Below, one piece after another: positions 29,452-40,034 of a DNA stretch of 64,000 nt. The notes beneath the pieces were generated by a model. It searched no databases, had not been told where the DNA came from, and saw only the letters and a program-made list of their open reading frames with translations. Each line of letters opens with the position of its first letter. The first letter of the stretch is position 1. The stretch lies in the NCBI GenBank assembly GCA_964291625.2, contig OZ220089.1, positions 4,512,001-4,576,000 on the forward strand. The letters are read 5' to 3'. This stretch comes from Candidatus Latescibacterota bacterium (GTDB lineage: Bacteria > Latescibacterota > UBA2968 > UBA8231). A program made the translations under genes and the position numbers.

Positions 29452-30144
29452 GTGTGGAAGGGGCTGCACCGCCAGGCCCGGATCCTGTGGCGTTTCCGCT
29501 TTCACCTGCTCTGTGCCGCCGCCGCCCTGCTGTTGTGGGATACCTTCTGGATCAAGCCCTTCCGGGTCTTCGTGGTCATGGTCCACGAGATGTGCCACGC
29601 CGTCGCCGCCCTGGTCACGGGGGGAGAGGTCCTGGAGATGCGCACCGCCTGGGCCGAGCACGGCTACACCCTGTCCCGGGGCGGCTGGCCGGTGGTCATC
29701 GTGTCGGCCGGGTACCTGGGCTCGGCCCTGCTCGGCGCGGCGCTGATCTGGTCGGGGGTGCTGCCGCAACTGCAGCGGCTGGCCCTGCTCCTGATCGGGG
29801 CCGCGACCCTGGGCATGACCCTGGCCTTCACCCCCGCGGGCGGGATCGACTTCGCCTTCGGCATCGCCGGGGGCCTGGCGCTGATCTGCACGGCCATGTA
29901 CTCGGCGCGGTCCGGGTCGGCCGGGGCGGTGTGGCTGGGGGTGATGCTCTGCCTCTACAGCCTCCACGACTTCCGCACCGACCTGTGGCTCTTCGCCGAG
30001 CGCACCGACGCCGGCATCCTGGCGGCGCACCTCGGCCTGCCGTGGCTGGCCTATCCCATCGCCGCCGCCTGGGTGTGGCTGTCCTTGTGGGGGATGTACC
30101 GGGCCATGGGGTCGCTGGTGAAGCACGAGGCCTCCCAAACCTGA
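29452..30144 (+). CDS. M50 family (M50B-like) membrane metallopeptidase
   Basis: HEMCHA inside a hydrophobic segment, SAGYLG, TDAGILA; several TM helices. Confidence 0.8.
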   Translation: MWKGLHRQARILWRFRFHLLCAAAALLLWDTFWIKPFRVFVVMVHEMCHAVAALVTGGEVLEMRTAWAEHGYTLSRGGWPVVIVSAGYLGSALLGAALIWSGVLPQLQRLALLLIGAATLGMTLAFTPAGGIDFAFGIAGGLALICTAMYSARSGSAGAVWLGVMLCLYSLHDFRTDLWLFAERTDAGILAAHLGLPWLAYPIAAAWVWLSLWGMYRAMGSLVKHEASQT

Positions 30145-30161
30145 AGGAGATCCGATAAGCC

Positions 30162-31946
30162 ATGCGCATGAGCCGTCTCTTCAGCCAGACCCTGCGGGAG
30201 GCCCCGGCCGACGCCCAGGTGGCCAGCCACGTCCTGCTGCTGCGGGCCGGGTACGTCCGCCAACTCGCCAGCGGCATCTTCAGCTACCTGCCCCTGGCGC
30301 ACAGGGCCCTGTCCAGGATCGAGCAGATCATCCGCGAGGAGATGGATGCCATCGGCGGCCAGGAGATCAAGATGCCCGTGGTCCACGCCGCCGACGTGTG
30401 GAAGGCCTCCGGCCGCTACGAGGAGTACGACGAGTCCCTCACCCGCTTCCACGACCGCCACGGCCGCGACATGGTCCTGGCCACCACCCACGAGGAGATC
30501 GTCGCCGACCTGGCCAGCCGCGAGATCCGCTCGTACCGGCAGCTGCCCGCCATGGTCTACCACTTCCAGACCAAGTGGCGCGACGAGGCGCGGCCCACCT
30601 CCGGACTGCTGCGGGTGCGCGAGTTCACCATGAAGGACTCGTACTCCCTCGACGCCTCGCAGGAGGGGCTGGAGGCCCAGTACCGGGCCCACTACCAGGC
30701 CTACTTCAACATCTTCCGCCGCTGCGGCCTGCCGGTACGGGCGGTGCGCTCCGACGTGGGCATGATGGGCGGCTCCGCGGCCCACGAGTTCATGTACCTC
30801 AAGGAGGTGGGGGAGAACACCCTGGCCCTGTGCGGCGCCTGCGGGTACGCGGCCAACACCGAGGTCGCCGCTTTCGCCAAGGCGGCGGCCGCCGAGGAGG
30901 AGCCCCTGCCCCTGGAGAAGGTGGCCACCCCCGGAGCGGCGACCATCGCCGAGCTGGCCGCCTTCCTCGACATCCCCGCGAGCCGCACGGCGAAGGCGGT
31001 CTTCCTGGTGGGCCGCTTCAAGGCCGCCGAGGACGGCCGGGAGTCCGGGGAGCGCCTCGTCCTGGCGGTGATCCGCGGCGACCTCGAGGTCAACGAGATC
31101 AAGCTCGCCAACGCCGCCGGCGCCCTGTCGCTGAGACCGGCCCACGACGAGGAGATCGCCGCCGCCGGGGCGGTGGCCGGCTACGCCTCGCCCTTGGGGC
31201 TGTCGGAGGACACCCTGGTGGTGGCCGACGACTCCGTGGTCTCGTCGCCGAACCTGGTCTCCGGCGCCAACGAGGCCGGGTACCACGTGCGCAACGTCAA
31301 CCACGGCCGCGACTGGCAGGCCGCCGTCGTCGACGACATCGCCCTCGCCGAGGCGGGCCACGCCTGCGCCGACTGCGGCGCCGCCCTGGGCATCGTCCGC
31401 GGCGTCGAGGTGGGCAACATCTTCCAGCTCGGCACCCGCTACACCGACGCCCTGGGCGCCTCCTTCCTCGACGAGCAGGGCCGGGAGCGGCCCGTCATCA
31501 TGGGTTCCTACGGCATCGGCGTGGGCCGGCTCCTCGCCTGCGCCGTCGAGGAGCACCACGACGACAACGGCCTCTCCCTGCCGGTGACCGTCGCTCCGTA
31601 CCAGGTGCACCTCGTCTCCCTGGCCAAGAGCGAGGGGCCGGCCCGGTCCGCCGCCGAGGCCCTCTACGATGAGCTGACCGCGGCCGGCGTCGAGGTCCTC
31701 TACGACGACCGCCCCGAGAACCCCGGCGTCAAGTTCAACGACGCCGACCTCATCGGCTGTCCGGTGCGGGTCACCGTCGGCGACCGCGGGTTGAAGAAGG
31801 GGACTCTCGAGGTCAAGCTGCGCGGCGCCGCCGGCCGGGGCGAGGAGGTGCCCGTGGCCGAGACCTCCGCCCGCGTCCAGGAAGAGCTGGCGGCGCTGCG
31901 GCGGCGGATCGAGGAGAGCGTCGGCCCGGTGGAGTACGCCGACTGA
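30162..31946 (+). CDS. proS: Proline--tRNA ligase (bacterial type with editing domain)
   Basis: MRMSRLFSQTLRE.PADA, LLRAGYVRQ, SYRQLP, GLLRVREF.MKDSYS, EVGNIFQLG, MGSYGIG. Confidence 0.97.
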   Translation: MRMSRLFSQTLREAPADAQVASHVLLLRAGYVRQLASGIFSYLPLAHRALSRIEQIIREEMDAIGGQEIKMPVVHAADVWKASGRYEEYDESLTRFHDRHGRDMVLATTHEEIVADLASREIRSYRQLPAMVYHFQTKWRDEARPTSGLLRVREFTMKDSYSLDASQEGLEAQYRAHYQAYFNIFRRCGLPVRAVRSDVGMMGGSAAHEFMYLKEVGENTLALCGACGYAANTEVAAFAKAAAAEEEPLPLEKVATPGAATIAELAAFLDIPASRTAKAVFLVGRFKAAEDGRESGERLVLAVIRGDLEVNEIKLANAAGALSLRPAHDEEIAAAGAVAGYASPLGLSEDTLVVADDSVVSSPNLVSGANEAGYHVRNVNHGRDWQAAVVDDIALAEAGHACADCGAALGIVRGVEVGNIFQLGTRYTDALGASFLDEQGRERPVIMGSYGIGVGRLLACAVEEHHDDNGLSLPVTVAPYQVHLVSLAKSEGPARSAAEALYDELTAAGVEVLYDDRPENPGVKFNDADLIGCPVRVTVGDRGLKKGTLEVKLRGAAGRGEEVPVAETSARVQEELAALRRRIEESVGPVEYAD

Positions 31947-31956
31947 CGCCCGCGGG

Positions 31957-33402
31957 CTAATTCCGCTCCGCCTCCGGAACCTCGCTGCGCTGGGCGGGCT
32001 CGTAGCCGATCGCCCGCCGGCCGTGGTCGACGTCGTAGAGCGGCCAGTCGCTGTCCGACACCCCGAAGACGATCTCGTACGTCGACCCCGTGTGGGTGAT
32101 GGCCGCCTCGAAGACGCGCACCGCGTCCTCGTGCCCCAGCTGGTGGGGGTGGGCAGGCTGGTCCCGCTCGAGGCTGAAGTTGCCGATGCGCACGCCGACG
32201 AAACGGGTGCCGTGGCGCCAGGCCCAGGTGTGGCCCAGGCCCTCTCCGAAGATCTTGCTGATCGTGTAGAAGGTCTCCGGCCGCGGGAACAGGTCGACGG
32301 TGCGCCGCAGGTTCCGCGGGTAGGGGGAGAGGATGCCGGCGCGGCTGGCGTAGGCGACGCGGGGCACCCGGTTGCGCCTCACCGCCTCCATGATGTGCCA
32401 GGTGCCGACGAAGTTGGAGGACCACACCTCTTCCCAGGGAGAGCCGCCGCTCGGGGTTCCCCCCAGGTGGACGACGGCGTCCACGTCCCGGGTGGCCCGC
32501 AGGCAGGCCTCGAAGTCGCCGAGGGGGGCGGTCACCGTGTCGGTGAGCTCCGGCATCTCCACCCGGTCCATGCCGCGGACCTCGTAGCGGCCCCGCAGGC
32601 CGCGGGCCAGGACGCGCCCCACCTGCCCCGCGGCCCCGGTGATCAGCACCCGGCGGGGCGGCTGGTCCGACAGGGGCTCGGCCGGACCGTCGTCGCCGCG
32701 GAAGGTGCGTTCCGCCTCCGGCAAGCGGGAGATGTCCCGCGGCTCGTAGCCGATCGCCCGCCGGCCGTGGTCGAGGTCGTAGAGGGGCCAGTCGCTGGCG
32801 GAGACGCCGAAGACGATCTCGAAGCCCGCCACGGGATGGGCGGCGGCCTGCTCGAAGAGGCGGACGCAGTCGCCGTGGCTGAGCTGGTGAGGGTGCCCGG
32901 GCCGGTCGCGGTCGACGCTGAAGTTGCCGATGCGGACGCAGACGCACTCCATGTCGAAGCGCGAGGCGTACATGGAGGCCAGCATCTCGCCGAAGAGCTT
33001 GCTGTTGTCGTAGAGGCCGAGGGGGCGCGGCATCATCTCCACCCGGCGCTGAACGCCGTCCGGGTAGAGCCACAGCAGGCCGGCGCGGCTGGCGAAGACG
33101 ACGCGCCGGACCTCTGCCTCCCGGGCCGCCTCGAAGACGTGGTAGCAGCCGATGTAGTTGTTGTTGGCGATCTCCGGCCAGGGCCGCTCGCCGGCGTTGC
33201 CCCCGAGGTGGATGACCGCGTCGACGCCGTCCACGGCGCGGCGGACGTGGTCGAAGTCGCCCAAGTCACCCTGGAGGAACTCGCCGCCGCCCTCGGCGGG
33301 AGGCCGGCGGTCGAAGGCGCGCACCCGGTGGCCCCGGGCTCGCAGACCGCCCACGACACAGGTGCCGACGCGGCCGGAGGCGCCGGTGACGAGCAGGTGC
33401 AT
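31957..33402 (-). CDS. Tandem two-domain NAD-dependent epimerase/dehydrogenase (uronate dehydrogenase-like extended SDR)
   Basis: Two Rossmann starts (LVTGASGRVG, LITGAAGQVG), two YxxSK (YDNSK, YTISK), duplicated VRIGNFS..RD.P.HPHQL. Confidence 0.85.
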   Translation of the reverse strand: MHLLVTGASGRVGTCVVGGLRARGHRVRAFDRRPPAEGGGEFLQGDLGDFDHVRRAVDGVDAVIHLGGNAGERPWPEIANNNYIGCYHVFEAAREAEVRRVVFASRAGLLWLYPDGVQRRVEMMPRPLGLYDNSKLFGEMLASMYASRFDMECVCVRIGNFSVDRDRPGHPHQLSHGDCVRLFEQAAAHPVAGFEIVFGVSASDWPLYDLDHGRRAIGYEPRDISRLPEAERTFRGDDGPAEPLSDQPPRRVLITGAAGQVGRVLARGLRGRYEVRGMDRVEMPELTDTVTAPLGDFEACLRATRDVDAVVHLGGTPSGGSPWEEVWSSNFVGTWHIMEAVRRNRVPRVAYASRAGILSPYPRNLRRTVDLFPRPETFYTISKIFGEGLGHTWAWRHGTRFVGVRIGNFSLERDQPAHPHQLGHEDAVRVFEAAITHTGSTYEIVFGVSDSDWPLYDVDHGRRAIGYEPAQRSEVPEAERN

Positions 33403-36400
33403 CAGGGCTGTTGCGCCGGCGGGTTTCCGACCGGTGCGTCGGAACCTGCTCCGGCCTCGTCGTGCGGGTCGCCCCTGGAGGAGAGCAGCCACAGACCCGC
33501 CAGCAGGGCCGCGCACAGGACGAGCAGCGCCCAGCCCTGGGCCGCGAACGCCGACTGGTCCAGCAGACCGAGGCCGCGGTCGACGGCGGTGAACAGGAAG
33601 CCGGCGAGGGCGTAGGCGGCGGCATTGCCGCGGAAGAGCCAGTACACGGCGGCGGCGAGCACCGCGGCGGTCAGGACGAACCAGCCCAGGTCGTAGAGGA
33701 ACTCCGCCGGCCGGTGGGCCTCGGCGCCGGCCATGGCCGCCCCCAGGGCGAGGACGACGAGGACCACCAGCGGCGGGCGGCGGAGGACGCGGACGGTGTA
33801 GTACACGAGGACGCCGGCGGCCAGGGGCAGGACCAGCCCTCTCCCCACGGCGTCCAGGAGACCGCCCAGGGCGGGGGCCCACGAGCCCACGGCCGGGATC
33901 TCGGGGACCGGTGAAGGGGCCCCGGCGGGGAACGCGGCGGCGAGGATCCCCGAGAGCCGGTCCAGGGCCAGTCCCCCGGCGACGGCGAGGACGGAGAGGG
34001 GCACGGCGTCGCGCAGCTGCGGGCGCAGGCCGTGCCGGCTCATGCGGTCCCCGGCCGCCGGGTAGAGGGCGCCGCAGAGGCCGGCGCCCAGGGACACGAG
34101 GAGCCCCAGGAAGACGGCGGCCAGGAGGAAGCCCGCCAGGCCGGTGATCAGGTAGAGGGTCAGGGGCATCTCGGTCCGGTACAAGGCGTAGAACGCGGGC
34201 AGCTCGTTGGCCTGGCCCAGGGCGAGGACCGAGGCCGCGAAGAGGCCGAGCCGGAGGGGCCGCCTCCAGGCCAGCGTTCCCGAGCGGATGTGCCCCACGA
34301 GCAGCACGAGCAGGTGCACCGAGACGGCGATGGCCACCCCCACCGGCGTCCACTCCAGGATCGTGCGCCACCAGGAGCCCTCGCGGCGCTCCCGCAGCCA
34401 GTCCTCGGGCAGCTTGATGAACCGGTCCAGGTCGGCGGCCTCGCCGCCGGCCACGTGCACCCGGCAGCGGAACCGGGCCTCGTCGAGGTTGCGCCGGTCG
34501 CCCTCCTTCGCCTCCCACACGAACCAGTGGTCGCGGCGCCCGGGCAGGTCCTCGGCGGAGGCCTCCTTGAGCACGAAGGCGGCAGGGTCGAGCCGGAAGG
34601 CGCGCAGGTGGTCCAGGGCCACGGCCTTCGCCTCCTCCTCGGACAGACTGTCCCCCGGCGCCTCCTCGGCGAGCTGGTGGCGGATGCCGTAGACCTCGCC
34701 GTCCTCCGGGCGCAGACGGACCTCCCACTCCTCCTTCTCCCCGGGCCGGAAGAGCCGCAGCCGCCACAGGGCCGGCGCCAGATCGTCCTCGTAGAGCGCC
34801 GTCGCGGCCTCCGGGCCGGCGCGCTCGTCGCGGTACTCCACGGCGGACCCGTTCCAGGGGGTCGACTGGGTCACCACCGTGCGCCAGGAGTCGGCGTCGA
34901 CTCCCAGGGCGGCCAGGTGCCGGCGGCCCTCCTCGAGGGCCTCCCCCGAGGTCAGGCGGTAGTCGACCTCCGGGGCCAGGTCCGGCTTTTCGACAGCGAA
35001 GACCGCCAGCGCCGCCAGCACCGCCGCGGCGGCCACTGCGAGGCGCCTCCGGTTCAGAGGACGGTAGTCGGCGGCCTCGGAGGGGTCTGCTCCCCGGGGG
35101 CCGGTTCCGCCGGCTGAGCCGGGGCCGCGGACTCGAGGGGTGGAGTGTCCTCCCGGTTGAGCAGCGGTCCGGGATCGACGAAGGACCCCCGCCGCAGGTA
35201 GAGGACCACCGCCGCCCCGAGGGGCAGCAGCAGGAGCCCCACCGACAGGGTGGCCGAGAGCACGAAGTAGGGGTCGCTGGAGCGCAGCAGGATCAGGGCC
35301 GTGTAGAAGGCGTCGATCATGTAGTGCCAGACCAGGACCGGCAGCAGGCCCCAGCGCACGAAGACGTAGCCCACCACCACCCCGGCGAGGCCGACCTCGA
35401 GGCCGCGGATCCAGAAGGGCTGCTGCGGATAGCCGGCGTGGGCGAACCCCCAGATGACGGCGGAGATCAGCACCGCCGCCCAGCGATGGCGGAGGATCCG
35501 GTGCAGGAAGGGGATGGAGAAGGCCCGGGAGGTGAACTCCTCGGAGACGGCGGGCAGGAAGCCGATGAGGAGCACCACCACCCAGGGGATGTAGGTGTTC
35601 ACCATCTCGCTGTAGGGGATGTCGGCCGGGCTCCAGGCCCCGAAGCGTCCGGCCACCACGTAGAACACGCTCTGGTAGGCGACGAAGAGGGCCGTCATGG
35701 CCAGCCCGATGACGCTGCCCGTGAGGAAGCGCTTCGTGCGGATGCCCTCGGGCAGGAACTGCTTCGACTGGCGGATGTGGCCGCCGTACCAGCGGCGGTA
35801 CTCCGGCTCGCCTCCGGCGACGATGAAGGCGATGGCCAGGCCGATGGCCAGGGCGATCGCCGCGGCCTGCAGCACGCCCTGGGCCAGGAAGCTGCCGAAG
35901 GTGCCGGTGGTGTCGAAGTTGTAGACCGCCACCGGCAGGGCGTTGATCTCGGCCAGGAAGCTGAGGACGAAGGCGATGCCCCCGAGGACGAGGGCGAAGC
36001 GCCAGCGCACGTCCTGGTAGCGGATGCTCGACACGAGGCGGACCAGCAGGGCCAACCAGGTGGCGAACAGGAAGAGGGCGGCCACCAGGCCGGTGGTCTC
36101 GTTGCGGGAACGCAGCTCCTGGTAGTCCCGGGTCCAGGCCTCCGGAACCTTGAGGAACTCGGTGAAGCTGCCCACCTCGCCGCCCTGCACGCCGACGTGG
36201 TACCGGTAGCTGGAGCCGGAGACCTCGAAGCCGGCCAGCTTCCAGGTGAAGGCGTGGTCGACCCGGTTGGGCCGTTCGATGGTCGTCGCCTCGACGAACT
36301 CCAGCCGGCCCGGGTCGAGGTCCATCGCCTCCGACAGGAACCCCCGCGCCAGTTCCCGGGCCTCGGGCTGGGACAGGCTGTCGCCGGCGGCCTCCTCCTC

Positions 36401-36805
36401 GATCCGGTGCCGGAAGCCGACCAGCTCTCCCGTGGTCGTGTGCTCGACCCGGAACTCCTCCTTCTGCCGCTCCCGGAACCAGCGGTTGCTCCACCGCCAC
36501 AGGCGCACCGGATCGCCGATGACGGCGCTGGCCCCCTCGAGGCCGAGCTCGCGCTCGAGGAAGGTCTTGGCGCCGTCGTCGTAGCGGAACAGGGCCGCCT
36601 GCCGGTAGCCGTCGAGGTCGAACCCCCGGTCCTGGAGGAAGGAGGCGGCCTGCTCCCGGGCCTCGCCGCGGGTCAGATCGAAGTCGATCGTCGCCTCGGG
36701 GAAGGCGTCGTAGAAGAAGCGCGCCCCCACCGCCAGGCCGATGACGGTCAGGACGGCGCATCCCAGGAGGAGGCGGAAGTCGTTGCGGTCGAGATGGCGT
36801 TCCAT
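33402..36805 (-). CDS. Large membrane protein with CPBP (Abi/CAAX) protease domain and duplicated extracytoplasmic domains; frameshift near 35090-35105
   Basis: PAVSEEFTSR, WGFAH, VWHY motifs in the 35054-36805 frame; homologous second repeat (EEAPGDSLSEEEA, F.KLPEDW) continues in the frame ending at 33402. Confidence 0.75.
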
Positions 36806-36872
36806 GTGGGCGGTTATATTCGGCGCGCCCCGGCGGAGGGTCAACGGGAGGCCGGGCCCTCCGACGTTGACA

Positions 36873-39800
36873 ATGTTCCGGGGGCGTCCGCTGATTCCCC
36901 CTGAATCCTCAGCCGGGAGAGCCGTCCTGAACCGAGTCCGCCCGATCCTCGTCCTCGTCCTGCTCGCCTGGTTCCCGTCGGCGCCGACAGCGGCCGGGCC
37001 CTTCGAGGTCGGCGTCGTGCCCTCCGACGACGCGGCCCTCGCCGCGCCCGCGGCGCGCAGCGATTCCCTCACCGCCGACCAGGTCCTGCAGATGGTGCGC
37101 CGCGCCGTCGACCTCGTGGGCGGCATGGGGGCCTTCGTGCCCGACACCGCCCGATGGGTGGCGATCAAGCCGAACGTCACGATCCCCGAGCCCTCCGGCT
37201 CCGGCATCGTCACCGACGCCCGCGTGGTGCGCGCCGTGGCGATCCTGGTACACGAAGCGGCTCCCGGTGCGCGCATCTCCATCGCCGAGGGCGCCGGCGG
37301 CTGGATCAGCCCGTCGCTGAAGGACAGCACCGACCAGGAGTACAGGCTGGCGGACGGCTTCGAGATCGCCGGCCACCGGGCCACCGTGCACGAGCTGCGG
37401 CAGCGGGGCGTCGACATCGACTGCGTCGACCTGAACTTCGACCGCCCCGTCCGCCTGGAGCCCCGCGGCGGGGGCCTGGCCGACTCGGACTACGACATCG
37501 CCGCCACCATCGTCGAAGCCGACGCCTGGATCAACTGCCCCGTGGCCAAGACCCACGGCGCCAAGATCACGGCGTCGATGAAGAACCACCTCGGCATCCT
37601 TCCCGGGCACATCTACGGCTGGAACAAGGGCGGCGGCACCGACCGCCGGCCCGCCGGCATCCCCCACGCCCCGCGCGTGCAGGACGAGTGCTGGGTCGAT
37701 CTGTGGGGCCTGACCGAGGTCGACCTGAACGTGGTCGACATGATCGCCGGCAGCGAGGGCGGCGCCTTCGGCGGCACGCCCCGGCGCGCCAACACGATCG
37801 TCGCCGGCGCCGACCCGGTGGCCACCGACCTCGTGGTCGCCCGGCTCATGGGCTTCAACCCGGACGACTTCGAGTTCGCCGACCTGGCCTGGCAGCAGGG
37901 CCGGGGGCCGGGCGTGTACGAGAACATCCGCGTCCTCGGAGGCGACGTGGAGTCCCTGGCCATGCGCTACGTCAAGGCGGGCGTCGACTACGGCGGCGGC
38001 GACTGGACCGAGCAGGCCAACTACGGCATGGGCCCCCGGCGCTGGACGCTCCTGGGGCCGGTGGAGCGCGACCACCGGTTCACCCCGGAGGAGGTGGCCG
38101 CGCTGCGCCCGGAGCCGGGCCGCGGCGGCTGGTCCGAGGTGACCTGGTTCGGCCACGACAAGATCGACCTCGACACCCACTTCGACGATCCCGTCCACTG
38201 CGCCGTGTACGCCTACACCACCTTCACCATGGCGCGGTCCGACTCGGTGCGGTTCTGGCTCGGCTCGGACGAGGACCTCTCCGTCTGGATCGACGGCGAA
38301 CCGCTCTACGAGTTCGAGGGCCGCCGCCGCCACATGCTGGGGCAGGTGCAACGGCCGGGCTACCTGGAGGCCGGGGAGCACAGGCTCCTCGTGCGCGCCT
38401 CCCAGAGGCGGGGGCGGTTCGACTTTTCCTTCAACGTCTGCGAGCCGATCGACGATCCGCTCTTCGCCGGCAACCGCTACCCGGGCGTGCGCTACAGCGT
38501 CACCGGGGCGGATCCCCTGTCGCCGTCGGCGCGAGTCCGCTCCGAGGACATCTACGACGGCTGGTTAAGCGAGGAGAGGGTGGGCGATCTCGGCCGGGGG
38601 GAGCCCCTCGAGGCGGCCCTGGCCGCCCCCGACTCGATCCTCCTGGGGCGGCTTCCCCGGACCACCAACGAGAGCCTGCTCGGCGCCGCGGCGGACGCGG
38701 CGGGGCTGCGGCGGGCCGACCTCGACAGCGTCGCGCTGGCGGCGCTGAGCCGGGCCCCGTTCTGGTCGGGCGGGTACTCGGGCCCCTACTCCCCGCTCGG
38801 GTGGCCGAGGTACGGTCCCGAGCCCCCGCGCCTGCTCGAGTGGCTCGGCCTGGGATACAGCGTCTCCAGCGGCTTCAGGGCGCGGGAGAGCCTCAAGGAG
38901 ATCAAGGGCTGGCTCTCCTGGGGCGTGCCGGTGGTGGTCGGATACGGCTGGCGGTGGACGGTGGCCGCCGGCTACCGCGAGACGGCGGAGGGCATCGAGC
39001 TCTACGAGCTTGGGCCGGAGGACGAGGGATGGGGCCTCGTCGAGGACCAGTGGTGGGCCCGGTTCCCCGACCGCCTGTGGCGCAACTGTCCCTTCCTGGT
39101 GGTGGAGAGGAGGGCCGAACCCCTCTCCGAGCGCGCCCTCGTGGACAGCGTCGCCGCCCTGGCCCTGGAGATGGGTCTGGCCGTCTGGACCGAGGACCAG
39201 CCCGAGCCGTGGGGCGCCCACCGGCGGCCGGCCGGCCTCCACGCCTGGGACAGCTGGGTCCGGGACTGGGAGCGGCTCCCGTGGACGGAGGAGTGGCTCG
39301 CCGGCTCCCGCGAGGTCCGGGCCTGGCTCGCGGACGTGGGTCTGGATGAGCTGCCGGAGCTGATCGAGGCTCGCAGGATGGCGGCGGGGTTCCTCCTCGC
39401 CGCCGCCGGCCGCGAAGACCCCGGGCGTCGGCGCGAGCTGCTCCAGGCGGCGGGGACGGCGTACCAGGGGGTGGCGGACGAGCTGGACGAGGAGACCGGC
39501 GGGCTGCAGCGGGACCTCGGCGTCTTCGAGGGGGAAGCGGACAGCGCGAAGATCGAGCCGGAGAAGGCCAGGGCGCGCGTGCGGGCGGCCCGGCGCCTGG
39601 AGAGGCAGGCGCTGCAGGCCCTCTCCGACCTGCTCGACCGCGGTCCGATCCCGCCGCCGGCCGAGGATCCCCTGGGGGAGAAGGACCGCGGCGTGCGGCT
39701 CTTCACCTGGCGCTCGGGCTACGCCGGGGGGGTCTACGAGATCCACTACGACAATGCCGAAGGCCTGAGATACACCTGGCTGACCGGCCGCGAGGCGGAA

Positions 39801-40034
39801 GAGGTGACCACCGAGGTCCACGGCCCCGTGCCCGAGGACGGGGGTTGGCTCTTCGCCCTGGAGACGGAGGGGGAGGGCTGGTACGAGATCCGCCAGAGCC
39901 CCTCCGCCGACAACGGCTGGACCGCGGTCGTGCGCACCACCGACTTCCGCTGGCGCCGGCTCACCCACGAGGTCGAGGTCACCCTCTGGGCGGTCCCGGC
40001 CGCACCTTCGGAAGAGGAGGATTCCCGATCATGA
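36873..40034 (+). CDS. Secreted multidomain protein: DUF362 + PA14-like + unknown C-terminal domains; start uncertain
   Basis: VAIKPNV, VTDARVV, INCPVAKTH...TASMKN..G, DPVATD..A.LMGF (DUF362); WLGSDEDLSVWIDG..L.AGEHRLLV (PA14-like). Confidence 0.75.
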   Translation: MFRGRPLIPPESSAGRAVLNRVRPILVLVLLAWFPSAPTAAGPFEVGVVPSDDAALAAPAARSDSLTADQVLQMVRRAVDLVGGMGAFVPDTARWVAIKPNVTIPEPSGSGIVTDARVVRAVAILVHEAAPGARISIAEGAGGWISPSLKDSTDQEYRLADGFEIAGHRATVHELRQRGVDIDCVDLNFDRPVRLEPRGGGLADSDYDIAATIVEADAWINCPVAKTHGAKITASMKNHLGILPGHIYGWNKGGGTDRRPAGIPHAPRVQDECWVDLWGLTEVDLNVVDMIAGSEGGAFGGTPRRANTIVAGADPVATDLVVARLMGFNPDDFEFADLAWQQGRGPGVYENIRVLGGDVESLAMRYVKAGVDYGGGDWTEQANYGMGPRRWTLLGPVERDHRFTPEEVAALRPEPGRGGWSEVTWFGHDKIDLDTHFDDPVHCAVYAYTTFTMARSDSVRFWLGSDEDLSVWIDGEPLYEFEGRRRHMLGQVQRPGYLEAGEHRLLVRASQRRGRFDFSFNVCEPIDDPLFAGNRYPGVRYSVTGADPLSPSARVRSEDIYDGWLSEERVGDLGRGEPLEAALAAPDSILLGRLPRTTNESLLGAAADAAGLRRADLDSVALAALSRAPFWSGGYSGPYSPLGWPRYGPEPPRLLEWLGLGYSVSSGFRARESLKEIKGWLSWGVPVVVGYGWRWTVAAGYRETAEGIELYELGPEDEGWGLVEDQWWARFPDRLWRNCPFLVVERRAEPLSERALVDSVAALALEMGLAVWTEDQPEPWGAHRRPAGLHAWDSWVRDWERLPWTEEWLAGSREVRAWLADVGLDELPELIEARRMAAGFLLAAAGREDPGRRRELLQAAGTAYQGVADELDEETGGLQRDLGVFEGEADSAKIEPEKARARVRAARRLERQALQALSDLLDRGPIPPPAEDPLGEKDRGVRLFTWRSGYAGGVYEIHYDNAEGLRYTWLTGREAEEVTTEVHGPVPEDGGWLFALETEGEGWYEIRQSPSADNGWTAVVRTTDFRWRRLTHEVEVTLWAVPAAPSEEEDSRS

